A stretch of DNA of 64,000 bases. Source: Desulfatiglandales bacterium. GTDB lineage: Bacteria; Desulfobacterota; DSM-4660; Desulfatiglandales; Desulfatiglandaceae. Below, in pieces: positions 17,676 to 27,492 of this stretch. The stretch's first letter is position 1, and each line of letters begins with the position of its first letter. The stretch lies in the NCBI GenBank assembly GCA_963662465.1, contig OY759599.1, positions 5,056,001 to 5,120,000 of the forward strand, read 5' to 3'. The notes below the pieces were generated by a model. It was not told the DNA's origin and did no database searches. It saw nothing but the letters and a program-made list of their open reading frames with translations. The position numbers and the translations under genes were made by a program.

Positions 17676-19685
17676 ATGAGGTACGCAGAAACAGGGTTTA
17701 ATTTAGAAATAGATCTATCCCAGGGAAACATTGAGAGGGTAGAAACGGACCCAAGAGACACAGAGCTTTATCTGGGGGGCCTGGGGACAAATGCCAAGAT
17801 ATTATGGGAAAGGGTTCCCCCTGAAGTAGAGCCTTTTTCTCCCGATAATCTCCTCATATTCAGCGCTGGCCTTTTATGCGGCACGCCTGCCACCGGTTGT
17901 AACCGAACCATTGTTTCTACTATTTCCCCTCAGACTCGGTTAATGGCATTTTCAATGATGGGGGGATTTTGGGCGCCGGAATTGAAGTATGCCGGTTATG
18001 ACAAAGTAATTCTTCGCGGCAAATCCCCCAAGCTGGTTTATTTGTGGATCAACAACGACAAAGTTGAAATACGGGATGCCGCTCATCTCCAGGGGAAAGG
18101 CGCCGTTGAAACCGCGGAGCTGATTCAACAGGAATTGAAAGAACCGAATGCTCAGGTAGCGGCCATAGGCCTGGCCGGTGAAAACAGGGTTTTTTTTGCT
18201 TCCATCGAGCAGGGGAGATCCAGCGCCAGCAGAGCCGGCGTCGGTGCCGTTATGGGCGACAAAGGCGTAAAGGCCATCGTTGTCCGCGGCACAAAGGACG
18301 TCAATATTGCCCGACCCGATGAATTTATCGGGCTTTGCAACGAAGTGCTGGAGTACATCAAGATTCGAAATCAAGCGCCGATTCCGGGGGTCATGCCCAT
18401 TTTGGCCGGGCTTGGATCGCCCCAGGAAATGAAAGTCCATGACGAGAAGTGGCACACCGAAAATTTTTCATGGGGAAATTCCCGCACCCGCAGAAAAGAT
18501 TTCTGGAACGACGACATTGCAAAAGCGTGGATGGAAACCATGGAAAGCATGCGGACCCGGTTGATCAGTTGCTTCAACTGTCCCATGACATGCGGCGCCA
18601 CCATCACGCCTCCGGGGCTTCCCACATACATGATGAAATGCTTCTCGAAGCTGACCTACACCATGGCGGCCTTTTCAGATCTGGAATTTGGTTTGGGCAT
18701 CGCTCAAAGTGCCACGGAGTATGGGGTGGACGGATTCTCGGCACCACAGGTGATGGCTTTCGGTCTTGAGCTTTACGAAAACGGCATCTTGACGGATGAT
18801 GATTTTCCCGGAATGCCGGCTGATAACAATGGCAGATTTTACTGGTTGCTGGACAAAATTGTTCGGAGAGAAGGGATCGGCGATATCCTGGCCAATGGCA
18901 CTTATTGGGCGGCCAAAGAGATCGGCAAGGGCGCTGAAGCCTATGCGCACAACAATATTAAAAAACATGAACAGCTGCCACTCAAGCTGTCCATGCTGAA
19001 TCCCATCTATTTTCTGATGTATGCCACCGGCGAGAAAATCAACATTACCCAGATTGAAGGGCAATTCCCCCAGGCGCCATTTCCCAAGCGAGAACAGAGA
19101 GAAGCCTTTGTAAAGGATTGGTATCAGGTGCCCGATGAAAAATTTAAGCAATATTTTCTGGACTGGGAGCTTCGCGGAGAAAACTCCATCCCCTATTATC
19201 CAACGGTTGACATGGCGTGTGATATTGTTGATTGGCAGGAACAAATGCACTACATCGACGACGCCCTCGGCATGTGCGCGGGCTTATCTTCATTCCCCCT
19301 GAAACCGCCCTATCATATGCACAATTACCCGAAATTTATCTCATCGGGGGCCGGCATTGACATGGATGAAGAAAAGCTGACCCAGGCAGCCAGAAGATAC
19401 CGAACTTTGGTCAGGGCCATTAACATCAGAAGAGGCATGAGAAGAAAAGATGAAAAGCCGCCTGAAAACCATTGGAAAAAAAGATTTCCCGAACTGGAAG
19501 AGAAACTGTTAGATACCTACTACAAATTCAAGGGGTGGAATCGTCAGGGAATTCCCACGAAAGAATCGCTACATGAATTGGGTTTGGATTACGTATTCGA
19601 AGACTTCGAAAAACGGGGGATCTATTCAGATAACGACGACGCGCCTTCCACAGAGACCTCGACGGAAAAAGAGAAGGAGGTGTAG
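17676..19685 (+). CDS. bamB: Class II benzoyl-CoA reductase tungstopterin catalytic subunit (AOR family)
   Basis: MRYAETG start, SMMGGFWAPELK, QEMKVHDEKWHTENF, CFNCPMTC, MMKCF; closely matches my recollection of Geobacter BamB. Confidence 0.93.
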   Translation: MRYAETGFNLEIDLSQGNIERVETDPRDTELYLGGLGTNAKILWERVPPEVEPFSPDNLLIFSAGLLCGTPATGCNRTIVSTISPQTRLMAFSMMGGFWAPELKYAGYDKVILRGKSPKLVYLWINNDKVEIRDAAHLQGKGAVETAELIQQELKEPNAQVAAIGLAGENRVFFASIEQGRSSASRAGVGAVMGDKGVKAIVVRGTKDVNIARPDEFIGLCNEVLEYIKIRNQAPIPGVMPILAGLGSPQEMKVHDEKWHTENFSWGNSRTRRKDFWNDDIAKAWMETMESMRTRLISCFNCPMTCGATITPPGLPTYMMKCFSKLTYTMAAFSDLEFGLGIAQSATEYGVDGFSAPQVMAFGLELYENGILTDDDFPGMPADNNGRFYWLLDKIVRREGIGDILANGTYWAAKEIGKGAEAYAHNNIKKHEQLPLKLSMLNPIYFLMYATGEKINITQIEGQFPQAPFPKREQREAFVKDWYQVPDEKFKQYFLDWELRGENSIPYYPTVDMACDIVDWQEQMHYIDDALGMCAGLSSFPLKPPYHMHNYPKFISSGAGIDMDEEKLTQAARRYRTLVRAINIRRGMRRKDEKPPENHWKKRFPELEEKLLDTYYKFKGWNRQGIPTKESLHELGLDYVFEDFEKRGIYSDNDDAPSTETSTEKEKEV

Positions 19686-19687
19686 CC

Positions 19688-20227
19688 GTGGGCGAGAAAA
19701 AAAAGAAAATTGTTAAAACCATCAAAGTTAATGCCGACCTGTGCAATGGTTGCCGAGCTTGCGAGGTCATCTGCTCCGCCTTTCACGCGGCGCCGAAATA
19801 CAGCGGCAATAATCCGGCAAGATCCCGTATCAAGGTAAATCGTCACCCATTAAAAGACATTTATGTTCCGGTATACGCTGGTGAGTATACCGCATCCGAA
19901 TGTGCCGGCAGAGATAAGTATGTGATTGACGGAAAGGAATACGAAGAGTGCGCCTTCTGCCGGGCTTCCTGCCCATCCAGGCGTGATTTCAAAGAACCCG
20001 ATTCCGGTCTCCCGCTAAAATGCGATATGTGTGAAGGCGAAGACGAGCCCTTGTGCGTCAAGTGGTGTCTGGTGGATGCCCTAACTTACGAAGAGCGGGA
20101 AGAGGAAGTGGAAGAAGAGGAAAGCCCGGAGGAAATGGAGATCGGATTGCAGGCATTGGCAAACCAATATGGACTGGACAAAATAATGGAAACCGTTAAC
20201 CGAATGTCAATGTCCAAGACGAGCTGA
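19688..20227 (+). CDS. bamC: Benzoyl-CoA reductase Fe-S subunit
   Basis: CNGCRACEVICS, CAFCRASCP, KCDMC, PLCVKWC; directly after bamB. Confidence 0.9.
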   Translation: MGEKKKKIVKTIKVNADLCNGCRACEVICSAFHAAPKYSGNNPARSRIKVNRHPLKDIYVPVYAGEYTASECAGRDKYVIDGKEYEECAFCRASCPSRRDFKEPDSGLPLKCDMCEGEDEPLCVKWCLVDALTYEEREEEVEEEESPEEMEIGLQALANQYGLDKIMETVNRMSMSKTS

Positions 20228-20262
20228 AATATAAAGGCAAAACAAGAGGTTTAAGAAATACC

Positions 20263-21414
20263 GTGGAGAATGTAGCCGACTACAAAGAGATCATCGATGT
20301 CATCAAGGAAAGTGGTGGCGACGCCTTCAAAAGATGCTTCCAATGCGGGTTATGCGATACGGTTTGTCCCTGGAACAGGGTCAGAAACTTCAGCATGCGC
20401 AAGCTGGTCCGACAGGCGACTTTTGGTTTTACCGAGATCGAAAGTGAAGAGATGTGGCTTTGCACCACCTGCGGAAGATGCCCTCAGCAGTGCCCCAGGG
20501 ACGTCAATCAGATTGAGTCGGGGATCGCATTGCGCAGGGTTGCCACGGAATACGGGGTCTTTCCCGCTTCCGTCAAACCCATCCGCACGGCCATCGGAAG
20601 CCTCACGGGAGAGGGCAACCCCATCGGCGAAGACCGAAAAAAAAGAGCGGATTGGGCCAAGGGCCAGGGAATCAACACCTTTTCGGAAGAAATGGAAATT
20701 TTATACTTCCCCGGCTGCTACCCCAGCTATGACCCGAGACTAAAAAAGGTAGCTACCGCCACGGCGAAGATTCTCAAATCGGCGGGGGTGAATTTCGGGA
20801 TACTCGGGGCAAAAGAAAATTGCTGTGGGGAAAGCATCCGCAAAACCGGCGATGAGGAGTTATTCAAACGCCTGGCCAAGGAAAACATCAAGACCTTTAT
20901 CGATAACGGCGTCAAAAAGATCCTGGTTTCTTCCCCCCATTGCTACCACACCTTCAAAAACGAGTATCCCCAATTCATGGTGAACTTTGAAATAGTCCAT
21001 ATTTCCCAGTATTTATTCGAGCTGATGAACGAGGGAAGACTTAAATTTACCGGGGAATATGAGAAGAAAATAACCTATCATGACCCCTGTTACCTGGGAA
21101 GGCATAACGGCATATATGAGGAACCCCGGGAAGTTCTGAAAAGGATACCGGGTTTGACATTGCATGAAATGCCCGATTCTCGCGTAGACAGTCTCTGTTG
21201 CGGCGGGGGCGGCGGCAGGGTCTGGATGGAAACCCAAAAGGGGGAGAGATTCGGCGATATTAGAATCGAACAGGCCATTGGGGTGGGCGCAGAGGTACTG
21301 GCGACCTGCTGTCCCTACTGCATTACCATGCTTGAGGACAGCCGGATCACCATGGGCGTCGATGAAAAGATCGAGATTAAAGACATCACCGAGATCATAC
21401 AGGACGTTATTTAG
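20263..21414 (+). CDS. bamD: Benzoyl-CoA reductase HdrD/HdrBC-like subunit
   Basis: CFQCGLCDTVCP, CTTCGRC, YFPGC, CCG, YHDPCYLGR, CCGGGG. Confidence 0.88.
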   Translation: MENVADYKEIIDVIKESGGDAFKRCFQCGLCDTVCPWNRVRNFSMRKLVRQATFGFTEIESEEMWLCTTCGRCPQQCPRDVNQIESGIALRRVATEYGVFPASVKPIRTAIGSLTGEGNPIGEDRKKRADWAKGQGINTFSEEMEILYFPGCYPSYDPRLKKVATATAKILKSAGVNFGILGAKENCCGESIRKTGDEELFKRLAKENIKTFIDNGVKKILVSSPHCYHTFKNEYPQFMVNFEIVHISQYLFELMNEGRLKFTGEYEKKITYHDPCYLGRHNGIYEEPREVLKRIPGLTLHEMPDSRVDSLCCGGGGGRVWMETQKGERFGDIRIEQAIGVGAEVLATCCPYCITMLEDSRITMGVDEKIEIKDITEIIQDVI

Positions 21415-21448
21415 GGATCTTACAAATCTCACATAGGGAAATAGAGCA

Positions 21449-24400
21449 GTGGAAAAAGAACAGATTGAACAGCTTAAAAAGGGCTTCGCGGACGGTAATT
21501 TCGGCGATGTGATGGTTGTAGGCGGTGGGGTCAGCGGTATTCAAGCATCGCTGGACCTTGCCACTGCCGGTTTTAAGGTCTACCTGGTGGAAAAATCGCC
21601 CAGCATCGGGGGCCATATGGCCCAGCTGGATAAGACCTTTCCCACCAATGATTGCTCCATGTGAATACTTTCTCCTAAACTGGTCGAGGTCGGCCGGCAT
21701 CCGAACATAGAAGTTCTCACCTATACGGAAGTTGATGGCGTGGAGGGAAGGGCGGGAGACTTCAACGTCGCCCTGATCAAGAAACCCCGATATATCATCG
21801 AGGAAAAATGCACGGGTTGTACGACCTGCGCCGAATACTGTCCGGTGCAATACCCGGATCAATTCAATCAGGACATATCGGAGAACAAAGCCGTCCATAT
21901 CTACTTTGCCCAGGCGGTCCCCCTGATCGCCTATATTGATGAAACCTGTCTTTACCTGAAAGAGAAGAAATGCGCCATTTGTGAAAACGTCTGTCAGGCC
22001 GGCGCCATTGATCTCCATCAAAAGCCGGAGAAGGTAACCGTCAACGTGGGGGCTATCATTTTAGCGCTCGGCATTGAGCCCTTTGACCCCAGGGTCAGGG
22101 AAGAATATCGCTATGGACAGTTTGCAAACGTGGTCACCAGCATGGACTACGAACGGCTGTTATGCGCGACGGGGCCCTACGGCGGGGAGATACGGCGTGC
22201 TTCAGACCTGGAACATCCCCATAAAATTGCCTGGATCAGCTGCGTGGGCTCCAGACGGGTGACCGAAGGGAACAACAGCTACTGCTCCGGCGTATGCTGC
22301 ACCTATGCCCAGAAACATGTGATCTTAACCAAGGACCATGACCCCGAGGCCGAGTGTACCATATTTCACAACGATATTCGCTCCTTCGGCAAGGATTTTG
22401 AGCGATACCACCAACGAACCGAGCAACTCCCCGGGATTCGATTTATCAGAAGCTACACCTCCATCACCCAAGAGGACCCGGAAACCAAGAATGTCACGGT
22501 GCGATACGCAACCCCCAAAGATGGCGTCAAAGAAGAAGAATTCAATATGGTGGTATTATCCGTTGGGCTGAATCCCCCCAAGGATTTTCAGGGCCTGGCG
22601 GAAAAATTCGGCATTGAACTGGAATCTCACAATTTTTGCAAACTCAATCCCACAAATCCCCTGGAAACCACCCGGCCCGGCATCTTTGTGAGCGGCGCCT
22701 TCCAGGGACCCATCGATATTCCCGAGTCGGTGTTCAGTGCCAGCGGCGCCGGCGCCCAGTGCGGCCAACTTCTGGATTACCGGCGCGGAAAACTTTCCAG
22801 GGAAAGGATATATCCCCCTGAACGGGATGTGTCCCAGGAAGAACCCAGGATCGGGGTCTTCGTGTGCCATTGCGGGTCCAATATCGGGAGCGTCGTGAAT
22901 GTTCCCTCAGTCGTTGAATATGCCCTGACCCTCCCCCATGTGGTCTATGCCCAGGAACAGCTGTTTTCATGCGCAACCAATTCCGCTCAGGAAATAACGG
23001 ACATTACCAAAGAAAAAGGGCTCAATCGCGTGGTGGTGGCCGCCTGCTCCCCAAGGACCCTGGAACCGCTCTTTCGGGACACCGTCCGAGAAGCAGGCAT
23101 CAACCAGTATTACTACGACATGGCCAATATCCGGGAACATTGCTCCTGGTGCCATTCCAAGGAAAAGGAAGCAGCAACGCAAAAGGCAAAGGATATTACC
23201 CGCATGTCGGTGGCCCGCGCCTGCCTTCTGGAACCATTGCAGGAATTTGACCTGCCGGTGGATAGAAGGGCACTGGTGGTGGGCGGCGGCATCGCCGGCA
23301 TGACCTGCGCGCTCTCCATCGCCGCCCAGGAGGATCATGAGGTTTATCTGATTGAAAAAGATAAAGATCTCGGGGGCATGGTTAGAAAAATTTACACCAC
23401 GCTCGAAGGTCTGGATGTTCAGGCCTATTTGCGTGATCTGGTGCAGAAGGTTTACCTGAACCCCTTGATCCATGTGTATACGGATGCCGAAATTATAGAA
23501 GCGACCGGTTATGTGGGGAATTTTGTCACTCAGATAAAATCCGACAGAGGGCTTACAGAGATCAAGCATGGCGTGGCCGTCATCGCAACGGGGGCCGATG
23601 TATATGAACCCACCGAATACCTCTACGGCGAAGACGACCGGGTGCTGACCCAGCTCGATTTGGAAGACCGAATTGCCAAGAAAGACGAAAAGGTCCTTAA
23701 AGCCGAGACCCTGGTGATGATCCAATGCGTCGGCTGCAGAAATGAGGACCGGAATTACTGCTCCCGCATCTGCTGCGGCAATGCTGTTAAAAACGCCCTG
23801 AAACTGAAAGAGATCAACCCGGAGATGGATATCTATATCCTCTTTCGGGATATGAGGACCTATGGGTTCAGCGAGGATTATTACCGGGAAGCCTCCAATA
23901 AGGATGTGAAGTTCATCCGCTGGGAACCGGAAAATCAGCCGCAAGTGGAAGCGGTTACCGAGGCGGGCAAACCCGTTTTAAGGGTCGCCGTGACCGATGA
24001 AGTTTTAGGTCAACAGCTTGGCATAGACGCCGATTGCCTCGTTTTGGCCGCCGCTGTGATCCCCTCCGCATCAACCAAAGAAATCGCCGGTCAATTCAAG
24101 GTGACTTTGAGCCCGGATGGCTTTTTTAAGGAAGCCCACGCCAAATTGAGACCGGTCGAGTTTGCCGCGGATGGCGTTTATCTATGTGGAATGGCCCACT
24201 ATCCGAAAACCATATCGGAGACCATCAACCAGGCGTATGGAGCCGCGGGCCGGGTCTTAACACTTCTTTCACACGATACGGTTGTTGCATCCGGTTCCGT
24301 TTGCGAGGTAGATGAAAAGAGGTGCATGGGGTGTGGGGCATGTGCCTCAGTTTGTACCTACGGCGCCATTGAATTGCGGAAAACAAAACTGGGTCATAAG

Positions 24401-24574
24401 GCCGTCATTAATCCGGTCCTCTGCAAAGGGGATGGCCTCTGCAACACCAAGTGTCCGACGGGCGCTATTTTTCTGAAACACTTTACCGATGAAGCGCTCT
24501 TAAGTCAAATCGATGCGGCCTTTCCAGCGGAAGAGAGCAACCAACCCATGAATGCGGCTGTGGGAGATGTGTAA
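21449..24574 (+). CDS. bamE: Benzoyl-CoA reductase HdrA-like subunit, selenoprotein (TGA 21662-21664 = Sec72)
   Basis: ORFs 21449-21664 and 21740-24574 are in frame; [24 protein letters not shown] aligns with [24 protein letters not shown] of the hdrA in this window. Confidence 0.9.
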
Positions 24575-24622
24575 ACGTACACAAACAAATAAAGCCGGGA
24601 TTACACAAACGAGGGGAAAAAG

Positions 24623-25465
24623 ATGAGTACGGGACTGAAATTTAAACCTAAAATTTTGGGTTTTGTATGCCATTGGTGAGCATACGGCGCCGCAGACATG
24701 GCTGGAGTTTCCAGACTACAATATGCAAGTGAAATGAGGCTTATCCGCGTCATGTGTTCCGGCAGGGTCGACCTGGAGTTTGTACTCAGAGCCTTCTCTA
24801 ATGGAACGGATGCTGTTTTTATCGGTGGCTGTCATCTGGGTGAATGCAACTATGTGACCCATGGCAACTTCCACACCCTGAACATGGTCCTTTTATGCCG
24901 GAAGATCATGGAACATATCGGGCTTAATCCCGAAAGGTTGCGCATTAAATTCATGTCCGCCGGGGATGGGATTCCATTCGCCCAAATGATGAGTGAGTTC
25001 ATCGCCAAGGTAAAAGAGTTGGGTCCCCTTGGCCATGGCGAAGCTGAAGACATAGACCGAGACGCATTAAAATCAAAAATTGCGGAAGTAACCAAGCTGA
25101 TCCCCTACATTAAGATAGCAAAAAGGGAAAAGCTGGCGTCGCGTCTTGAAAATAAAGAAGACTATGAGGGACTTTTTACCAAGGACGAGATCAAGGAATT
25201 ATTTCGTGACGTCGTCTCCTACTATATTGACCCGGAAAAATGCAAAGCCTGTATGACGTGCGCCAGGAGATGCCCCGTAGAAGCGATCATCAGTGCAAAG
25301 AACCGGATTCATGTGATCGCCCAGGAGAAATGCATCAAATGCGGCACCTGCTTCGAGGCCTGCCCGCCTAAATTCGGCGCCGTAACGAAGATTATCGGCG
25401 AACCGGTTCCGCCGCCTCTTCCCGAGGAAAAAAGAATTATCGTCAAAAAAAGTCGAAAGAAATAG
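24623..25465 (+). CDS. bamF: Benzoyl-CoA reductase MvhD-like subunit with C-terminal 2x[4Fe-4S], selenoprotein (TGA 24677-24679 = Sec19)
   Basis: ATG 24623 after GAGGGG: MSTGLKFKPKILGFVCHW-U-AYGAADM, in frame with ORF 24698-25465. Confidence 0.9.
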
Positions 25466-25509
25466 AATGGATCCGTTTTTATATGACCCCTGAAGAGAAA
25501 GGAGGCCCC

Positions 25510-25962
25510 ATGAACAAGCGTACGATTAACATCAGGCTCATGAAGGCTGACGATTTTGACGCCGTGGTTGCCATTGACGAAAAAGTACTTAAGACTTCCC
25601 GGCCGGAGTACTATGAAGTGAAGTTTGAAAAGCTTCTTAAATCCGAGGATTATTTGCCCGCGTCCCTTGTGGCGGAAAAAGAAGATGGAACGGTCGTGGG
25701 GTTTGTCATGGGTGAGATCTATATGGGTGAATTCGGCCTCTTCCAGGAAGAAGCAAGCCTCGATACCATCGGTGTTGATCCGGATTGCCGGCATCAGGGG
25801 ATCGGCGAACAGTTGATTACGGAGTTCATGGATCATTTGAGAAGCGTCGGCGTTCAAAAGATTAATACATTGGTTGACTGGAATGATTCCAAACTGATCC
25901 ATTTCTTCAGTTCAAACCAATTCAGTCCCTCTAAAACCATTAACCTGGAACGAATCCTTTGA
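25510..25962 (+). CDS. GNAT-family N-acetyltransferase
   Basis: IGVDPDCRHQGIG acetyl-CoA motif; GGAGG at 25501. Confidence 0.85.
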   Translation: MNKRTINIRLMKADDFDAVVAIDEKVLKTSRPEYYEVKFEKLLKSEDYLPASLVAEKEDGTVVGFVMGEIYMGEFGLFQEEASLDTIGVDPDCRHQGIGEQLITEFMDHLRSVGVQKINTLVDWNDSKLIHFFSSNQFSPSKTINLERIL

Positions 25963-25969
25963 CTTGTCC

Positions 25970-26674
25970 ATGACGGACAGCAACATATTACAGCCCGTTG
26001 AATTGATCCAAATGAACGGCGGCTGCAAGCGAGCCACCGAACGTATCATCCGGGAGACGGCACTGACGCTCCGCGTCAACGGTGAGTACTATGTCACGGC
26101 CATGATTATGGCCGGCATGGAGCGGGAATTTACCGTCGGGCATCTCTTCTCCCGGGGAACCATCTCCAGCGCCTCGGACATTGCGTCGGTTACAATCACC
26201 GGAACAACGATCGAGATAACGCTTTTCGCCACGAAGAAACCCCGACAAAGGTCGGAGCCGGTAGACTCCAACCTTGTCGTGGACTACGATGACGTGTTTA
26301 TCTGCGTCAAAGCTATCTTGAAATCCGAAATCTTCGCCGAAACGGAAGCGGTGCATTCCGCCGGGTTATTCCTGGAAGGGCGCAAACCCGTTGCCATTAC
26401 TGAAGACTTGGGCCGCCACCATGCCCTGGATAAAGTCATCGGCGCGGCCCTGCTTAAAGGCATTGATTTAACCAGGGTTTTGGCCGCCTCCACCGGTCGT
26501 CAGCCCACGGAAATGATTTATAAATGCCGCAACGCCGGCATTCCCATCATTGCCACCAAAGGCGTCCCCACTACACTGGCGGTGATGCTGGCGGAAAAAA
26601 GCGGCATCACCATCGCCGGGCTGGTTCGCGGTTCAAAAATGGTCGTCTACTCACACCCGGAGCGGATACAATGA
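25970..26674 (+). CDS. fdhD: FdhD-family accessory protein (paralogue 1)
   Basis: VHSAG, EDLGRHHALDKVIG, STGR, PTTLAV; start 25964 or 25970. Confidence 0.8.
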   Translation: MTDSNILQPVELIQMNGGCKRATERIIRETALTLRVNGEYYVTAMIMAGMEREFTVGHLFSRGTISSASDIASVTITGTTIEITLFATKKPRQRSEPVDSNLVVDYDDVFICVKAILKSEIFAETEAVHSAGLFLEGRKPVAITEDLGRHHALDKVIGAALLKGIDLTRVLAASTGRQPTEMIYKCRNAGIPIIATKGVPTTLAVMLAEKSGITIAGLVRGSKMVVYSHPERIQ

Positions 26675-27492
26675 GTATTCAACCCACATCCATCAAAATA
26701 CCCAGCCGTCAGCTCCGGGAGGGACGATTCGATAACGCGGCGCCATCCGTTGTCATCGAGCGTGAACTACAGATCATCTTAAATGGAACCCCCCTCGCCA
26801 CAGCATCGCTCATGCCGGGCATGGAAAAAGAATTCGTGACCGGCTACCTCTTCGGGCAAGGTTTCATTACAACCCCTCAAGACATTTCATTTCTCATCAT
26901 TAACGAGACGTCAGCCGTCGTGACGCTTCGGAACACCGCCGCTCCAGCCCCTGCCGTCACCGCCTATCGTATCGTATCCGGGGGCGGTATTACCGCTTTT
27001 GCCAACGATATCCTTCCGGAAATCCGGTCAGAAATCATTTTGCAAAAAGACGCCGTGTTCCAGGCCATGAACAGGCTCTTCCAAATCGCCACCGTCTACA
27101 AGGAAACGGAGGGCGCTCACGCTGCCGGCATATTCACGCCTGAAGCAGAACCGGTCTGCATCGTTGAAGACATCGGGCGGCATAACTGCCTGGACAAGGC
27201 CATCGGCTACGCGCTTTTGCATAACATCGATTGCGGTTGCCATTTTATTGTTTCCACCGGCCGCATGACGTCGGAGATGGTAACCAAACTATGCCGGGCC
27301 GGTTTTCCGGTGGTCGCCACCAAGACGGCGGTGACAGACAAGGGGCGTGAGACCGCCCTCGCCTGTGGGATAACGCTGATCGGTTTTGTCCGAGATACCG
27401 GCACGAGAATACACACGGACATGGACGTACGAGTCGTCAAGGACCGGGGAATGAAAATCTATACCGGCCCAAAACGGATCGCGGGCTCATAA
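26671..27492 (+). CDS. fdhD: FdhD-family accessory protein (paralogue 2)
   Basis: GAHAAG, EDIGRHNCLDKAIG, STGR, LIGFVR; ATG 26671 overlaps upstream stop. Confidence 0.8.
   Translation: MSIQPTSIKIPSRQLREGRFDNAAPSVVIERELQIILNGTPLATASLMPGMEKEFVTGYLFGQGFITTPQDISFLIINETSAVVTLRNTAAPAPAVTAYRIVSGGGITAFANDILPEIRSEIILQKDAVFQAMNRLFQIATVYKETEGAHAAGIFTPEAEPVCIVEDIGRHNCLDKAIGYALLHNIDCGCHFIVSTGRMTSEMVTKLCRAGFPVVATKTAVTDKGRETALACGITLIGFVRDTGTRIHTDMDVRVVKDRGMKIYTGPKRIAGS

Noticed and set aside
15544..24679. In-frame TGAs in mvhD, bamE, bamF as nonsense mutations
   Set aside because: All three fall exactly on conserved Cys positions, the frames continue intact, and hairpins follow; Sec is more parsimonious
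27437..27492. 56-bp convergent overlap of the yhaM-like gene and fdhD paralogue 2 as a regulatory feature
   Set aside because: The tail after NIMLTK looks like non-conserved read-through; nothing supports a function
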